Of a stretch of DNA of 64,000 nt, positions 59,590 through 64,000 are shown one piece after another. The DNA is from Candidatus Bathyarchaeia archaeon (GTDB lineage Archaea; Thermoproteota; Bathyarchaeia; Bathyarchaeales; Bathycorpusculaceae). The DNA lies in NCBI GenBank assembly GCA_038883775.1, contig JAVZLM010000004.1:64001-128000 (forward strand). The letters run 5' to 3'. The notes beneath the pieces were generated by a model. The model did no database searches and had not been told where the DNA came from. It was given only the letters and a program-made list of their open reading frames with translations. Numbering within the stretch: position 1 is the stretch's first letter; the number at the start of each line of letters is the position of its first letter. The translations under genes were made by a program, and so were the position numbers.

Positions 59590-60684
59590 TTGTTTCTGGA
59601 AGGTGAAAAAGTGGATAGGATAGAAGCTTTAAAACAGAAAGCTTTCGAACAAAAAGGCTTTGACGGATTTTTGATTGTAAATGAAATTAACGCTTTATAC
59701 CTTTCGGGGTGCCCCGGATTAGCATGCTTGCTAATACCAAAAAATGGCGAGAATAAGGCATACGTTTACAATGTCAACTATGAGCAAGCGAAGGCCGAAG
59801 CCAAAGGTTTTAATGTTGAGTTGGTGAAGCGCAGCGAAAATTTGATGGCAAAAGTTGCAGAGCAAGCGAAAGCTTTCAAAATAAAAAAGTTGGCCATAGA
59901 CATGCTAAATGTTGAGAATTACCGCAAACTTGCAAAGGAGTTGAGGGGCAAAGTAAAGCTAAGCTTTAAAGGAAATCTTGTCTGGGAACTGCGCAAGGTT
60001 AAGGATGAAGAAGAGCTCGAATATATGCGAAAAGCTGGAAAAATAACAATGGAAGGAATGAAGGTAGCCTATGAAGTAATTAAGCCTGGCATAAAAGAGA
60101 TTGAAGCTGCTGCGGAAATAGAATATGCCATGCGAAAGAGAGATTCTTGGGGAACAGCCTTCGACACCATACTGGCTTCTGGCGTGCGTTCAGCCTTCCC
60201 TCACGGAGGCTGCACAGACAAAGAAATTAAAAATGGCGACTTGGTTGTTGTTGACGTAGGAGCAGCTTACAAGTACTATCGCTCCGACATGACAAGAACC
60301 ATTGTAGCTGGAAAACCATCAAATAAACAAATCAAACTTTACGAGGTTGTTAAAGAGGCGCAGGAAAATGCCTTCCAAGCAGTAAAGCCAAAAGCGAAAG
60401 CAAAGGAAATAGATAATGCTGCCAGAAAAGTCATAGAGAAAGCGGGATATGGAGAATATTTTGTTCACGGATTAGGCCATGGCGTAGGCTTAGAAGTTCA
60501 TGAACCACCAACGCTGAATCCGGAAAGCAAGGATAAACTAGCAATTGGAAATGTTGTTACGATAGAGCCTGGCATATATATTATTGGTTTTGGAGGCGTC
60601 CGCATTGAAGACACGGTTTTAGTTGGGAGGAGTAAGGCTGAAAAATTCACAGAAGGCTTCTACACTTTAGAGAGTGCGAAATGA
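59590..60684 (+). CDS. pepQ: Xaa-Pro peptidase (M24B)
   Basis: DVGA..YRSDMTRT, HGLGHGVGLEVHEPP, TIEPG, GGVRIED. GTG 59611 is an alternative start. Confidence 0.9.
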   Translation: MFLEGEKVDRIEALKQKAFEQKGFDGFLIVNEINALYLSGCPGLACLLIPKNGENKAYVYNVNYEQAKAEAKGFNVELVKRSENLMAKVAEQAKAFKIKKLAIDMLNVENYRKLAKELRGKVKLSFKGNLVWELRKVKDEEELEYMRKAGKITMEGMKVAYEVIKPGIKEIEAAAEIEYAMRKRDSWGTAFDTILASGVRSAFPHGGCTDKEIKNGDLVVVDVGAAYKYYRSDMTRTIVAGKPSNKQIKLYEVVKEAQENAFQAVKPKAKAKEIDNAARKVIEKAGYGEYFVHGLGHGVGLEVHEPPTLNPESKDKLAIGNVVTIEPGIYIIGFGGVRIEDTVLVGRSKAEKFTEGFYTLESAK

Positions 60685-60736
60685 TTAGCTTAAATATGAC
60701 ATAAGGCATAATCAAAATTGTTAAAGGTGTCGCACT

Positions 60737-61303
60737 TTGAATAAAAGTGCAGTAATAATAATCGATATGCTGAATGATTTTGTTACTGGAGACCTAAAAT
60801 GTGAAAGAGCCAAACACATAATTCCAAACCTTAAAAGACTTGTAGAAACTGCCCGCAAATATGACGTTCCGGTCATTTACAGCAATGATGCTCACTACCC
60901 AAACGATCCAGAAGTCATCCATAAGTGGGGAAAACACGCCATAAAAGGAACAAAAGGCGCAGAAGTTATTCCAGAGCTTAAGCCTAAAGAGAAGGATTTT
61001 ATTGTTGAAAAAAGAACTTACAGCGGGTTCTATGAAACGGGTTTAGACCCGCTTCTTAGAAGCCTATACAACGGAGAAGGAGCAAAAACAGTGATTTTGG
61101 GCGGGTTGCACACACACATATGTGTAAGACACACGGCAGCAGACGCTTTCTTTAGAGGATACAAAATAATAATAGCGAAAGACGGAGTGGAATCTTTTAC
61201 GCAAGAAGACCATGAGCAAGGATTGAAGTATTTGGAATATGTTTACAATGCAAAAATAATGACAGTTGATGAGATTATAAAGGAAATGGGCAAGAAAGCT
61301 TAA
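60737..61303 (+). CDS. Isochorismatase/nicotinamidase-family cysteine hydrolase
   Basis: IDMLNDF, EKRTYSGF, HICVRHTA (Asp-Lys-Cys triad). Confidence 0.88.
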   Translation: MNKSAVIIIDMLNDFVTGDLKCERAKHIIPNLKRLVETARKYDVPVIYSNDAHYPNDPEVIHKWGKHAIKGTKGAEVIPELKPKEKDFIVEKRTYSGFYETGLDPLLRSLYNGEGAKTVILGGLHTHICVRHTAADAFFRGYKIIIAKDGVESFTQEDHEQGLKYLEYVYNAKIMTVDEIIKEMGKKA

Positions 61304-61315
61304 GCGTGAATCGCT

Positions 61316-62116
61316 ATGGAGAAAAATGTGAGAATTGAAAATATTCAAGATTCAAACATAGAAGACCTCATTTACGTTTGCTCTTCTAAAAGGCTAGGAG
61401 ACCCAATCCATCAGCAAGGCATGGCGCTGAAAAGACAATGGGTGCATAAGATGCTTAATACTTGGGGGTTATGCGCAAAAATTGCTTACTACAACGAAAA
61501 ACCTGCCGCCCAAATACTCTATTATCCAGAAGAAGCTGACATAACCAAAGGGTTTAGGCGGGAAGGCGTTCTAATAATAAACTGCATTTACAATCCCACT
61601 TCTGAAGCGCAGAAAATTGGAATAGGCACAAGATTATTGCGAGAAGTAATTTTGGATGTTAAAAGGAAGAGGTCATGTTTGGGCGATAAGTCATGCAAAT
61701 TTATTTTGGCAAAAGCTTTTAGCACTGGCGAATTGCTTCCAATGCCAGAATTTTATAAGAGAAATGGTTTTCTCCCAACCCCGGAAGGAGGCATGTTATA
61801 CCTTCCAGTTGAGGGCAAATATGAACACGTTCCAAAAATGAAGTATGAGCCTTTAAAAGAGGATAGGGGTAAGGCAATAATATTTTATGGTCCAATATGT
61901 CAGTTTTCTTATCCCTTTGCAAAAAGAATAGAGCAAATTATCAGAGAAGTTTTACCTAACATAAAAATTGAAATGATAAACGAATGGGAAAAACCTGAAG
62001 AATCAATAAAACGCAATTGGTGGCTAATAGTTAATGCCAAGCCAATACAAACTTTCTTTATGGACACAGAAAATTTCAAAAAAGAAATAAAAGAGGCTGC
62101 AAGCCAAAACCTCTAA
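61316..62116 (+). CDS. GNAT-family (YoaP-like) acetyltransferase
   Basis: AQKIGIGTRLL, FYKRNGF; C-terminal thioredoxin-like YoaP segment. Confidence 0.65.
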   Translation: MEKNVRIENIQDSNIEDLIYVCSSKRLGDPIHQQGMALKRQWVHKMLNTWGLCAKIAYYNEKPAAQILYYPEEADITKGFRREGVLIINCIYNPTSEAQKIGIGTRLLREVILDVKRKRSCLGDKSCKFILAKAFSTGELLPMPEFYKRNGFLPTPEGGMLYLPVEGKYEHVPKMKYEPLKEDRGKAIIFYGPICQFSYPFAKRIEQIIREVLPNIKIEMINEWEKPEESIKRNWWLIVNAKPIQTFFMDTENFKKEIKEAASQNL

Positions 62117-62144
62117 TTACCTACGAAATTATTAATGAATAGTT

Positions 62145-62597
62145 GTGACTGGCATGGCTAAGTTTCTTATTCTTTATTATAGCCGAACTGGGAACACTGA
62201 GAAGATGGCTAAGGCTGTGACGGAAGGCGCCAAAGCTGTGCAAGGGGTTAGTGTGGAAATAGCTTATTATGTGGCTGTTGAAAATTTAACAAGTTTTGAC
62301 GCTTTAGCCTTTGGGGTTCCAACTTATCATCATGACATGCCTTTGAATATGAAGAATCTTTTAGAAGAGGCAGCAGTTAAGAAAATCGCCTTAAAAGGAA
62401 AAATCGGAGCCGCATTTGGTTCTTATGGTTGGAGCGGTGAGGCGCCACGTTTGGTTCTTGAAATTTTGAAGAACAAGTTTGAAATAGAAGTTGTTGAGCC
62501 GCCACTTCTAATCAAGTACACACCAGACAGTGATGGTTTAGAAAAATGTAGAGTGTTTGGAAGGAAAGTTGCCGAAAGACTTATGCACCTAAGCTAA
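62145..62597 (+). CDS. Flavodoxin
   Basis: YSRTGNTEKMA, GVPTY, AFGSYGWSGEA. ATG 62154 is the likely start. Confidence 0.88.
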   Translation: MTGMAKFLILYYSRTGNTEKMAKAVTEGAKAVQGVSVEIAYYVAVENLTSFDALAFGVPTYHHDMPLNMKNLLEEAAVKKIALKGKIGAAFGSYGWSGEAPRLVLEILKNKFEIEVVEPPLLIKYTPDSDGLEKCRVFGRKVAERLMHLS

Positions 62598-62606
62598 CAT
62601 GTTTTA

Positions 62607-63101
62607 GTGAAGGCGAATATTATGAAAACGAAAAATGAATTGATCGAGTTTATGAAGAGGCAGATTAAGGTTGAAAATGAGATTGTGGACTCGCTGAACA
62701 ATGCGTTAATTGACATTAAAAACCCGCCTGTAAAAGGAGTTTTGAAGGGCATATCCTTAGACTCTTTGAAGCATGCTGAAATGTATGCTGCAGCCACAGA
62801 ATTATTGACAAGGGTTTCCCAGGCCATAACGCAAGAGCAACTGGACAAGCAGAAAGCGGTTGTGGAAAAGCACATACGTATGGAAGCTGAGCTTATCAAG
62901 AAAATTAGTAACGTTTTGCCAACGGTTGAAGATGAGAAGGTTAGGCTTCTTTTGAGCGCCATTTTGGAGGATGAGAAGAGGCATCATGGACTGTTGAAAA
63001 TGGTTTTGGAGATTCTTGTTCGCGGTGAAGCCATAACAGAGGCTGACTGGTGGGATTTGCTTTGGAAGAATGTTCCGTTTCATGGTGCTCCTGGAGGATA
63101 A
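62607..63101 (+). CDS. Ferritin/rubrerythrin-like four-helix bundle protein
   Basis: Duplicated E...DSLKH and E...EDEKRH motifs. ATG 62622 is the likely start. Confidence 0.7.
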   Translation: MKANIMKTKNELIEFMKRQIKVENEIVDSLNNALIDIKNPPVKGVLKGISLDSLKHAEMYAAATELLTRVSQAITQEQLDKQKAVVEKHIRMEAELIKKISNVLPTVEDEKVRLLLSAILEDEKRHHGLLKMVLEILVRGEAITEADWWDLLWKNVPFHGAPGG

Positions 63102-63205
63102 AACCACATTATTGACTAAAACGTGTACTCTTTTTCGGTTTTGTTAACCGATAAGCTTTTTATGACGTATGGCATACTAACAATTGATGCTGATAAAGTG
63201 ATAAA

Positions 63206-64000
63206 ATGCACCATCAACACCATGCCCACCACATCCAAGAATTCAAAAACAAGTTCTGGATTTCCCTCATCCTGACAATACCAATTCTGCTTCTATCAGA
63301 AATGATACAAACATGGTTTCCAATTCTCCAAGCATTACAAATGCCATTCAAAAAAGAAATCCTACTCTTCCTATCCCTAATCGTTTACGTCTATTGCGGA
63401 TTACCGTTTCTAAAAGGATTAATGGATGAGATAAAGGCTCGCCAGCCAGGAATGATGACCCTCATAGGAACAGCCATAACAGTAGCCTTCACCTACTCTG
63501 CTGGAACAGTTTTCCTTCCATTAGGCATGGACTTCTTTTGGGAACTTGCCACGCTTATAGATGTTATGCTTTTGGGACATTGGATAGAAGCCAAAAGCGT
63601 CATGGGTGCTTCAATGGCGCTGGAAGAACTGGTTAGGATAATGCCAACCACAGCCCACCGTATAAAAAACAGCGAAGTCGAAGACATCCCAGTTTCAGAG
63701 TTACGTGTCGGCGACAAGGTTCTTGTTCGTCCAGGCGAGAAAATACCATCAGACGGCATTGTTGTTGAAGGCGAATCCTCAGTCAACGAGGCGCTGTTAA
63801 CTGGAGAATCCAAACCCATCCCAAAAAGCGTGAGAGACAAAGTTATTGGTGGCGCAATAAACGGCGAAGGCGTTTTGAAAGTGCGCATAGAAAAGACTGG
63901 GGAGGAAACCTACCTATCCCAAGTTATAAAGCTTGTTAGACAAGCTCAAGAAAGCAAGTCGCGAACTCAGGATTTAGCGAATAGGGCTGCAGCCCTTCTC
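63206..64000 (+). CDS. copB: Heavy-metal P1B-type ATPase, CopB-like (5' part only)
   Basis: Hand translation: MHHQHHAHHIQEFKNKFW...PGMMTLI...FFWELATLIDVMLLGHWIE...RPGEKIPSDG...LTGES. Runs off the window. Confidence 0.88.
   Translation, partial: MHHQHHAHHIQEFKNKFWISLILTIPILLLSEMIQTWFPILQALQMPFKKEILLFLSLIVYVYCGLPFLKGLMDEIKARQPGMMTLIGTAITVAFTYSAGTVFLPLGMDFFWELATLIDVMLLGHWIEAKSVMGASMALEELVRIMPTTAHRIKNSEVEDIPVSELRVGDKVLVRPGEKIPSDGIVVEGESSVNEALLTGESKPIPKSVRDKVIGGAINGEGVLKVRIEKTGEETYLSQVIKLVRQAQESKSRTQDLANRAAALL

Overview
Gene-dense archaeal chromosomal window. GGTGA/GGAGG Shine-Dalgarno motifs, AT-rich TATA-like promoters, an archaeal AbrB-PhoU regulator and a SAMP/MoaD protein suggest an anaerobic Thermoproteota lineage, most plausibly Bathyarchaeia; this is an inference, not a database result. 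Most of it encodes anaerobic redox and acyl-CoA metabolism: (i) beta-oxidation genes with etfBA, and nfnAB preceded by a ferredoxin-MvhD-ferredoxin-MvhD protein; (ii) trxB, two unlisted tandem zinc-finger microproteins, arsM and an HgcC-like AbrB protein; (iii) three HdrA variants, an HdrD-like protein and two paralogous MvhGA-HdrA/MvhD-HdrC-HdrB sets, flanking a regulatory block with a ribbon-helix-helix/GcvH fusion that lacks the lipoyl lysine; (iv) a tungsten-type AOR, a soluble TfrAB-like fumarate reductase, and an acyl-CoA synthetase-epimerase-BirA-12S-5S-1.3S-mutase cluster; (v) housekeeping genes ending in a partial CopB ATPase. The best candidates for undescribed systems are the apparent archaeal methylmalonyl-CoA:pyruvate transcarboxylase/propionate cluster, the RHH-GcvH(K>M) regulator, and the modular reuse and complementary degeneration of HdrA/MvhD modules. 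No rRNA, tRNA, CRISPR array or mobile element was seen. All family assignments are from motif recognition by eye.
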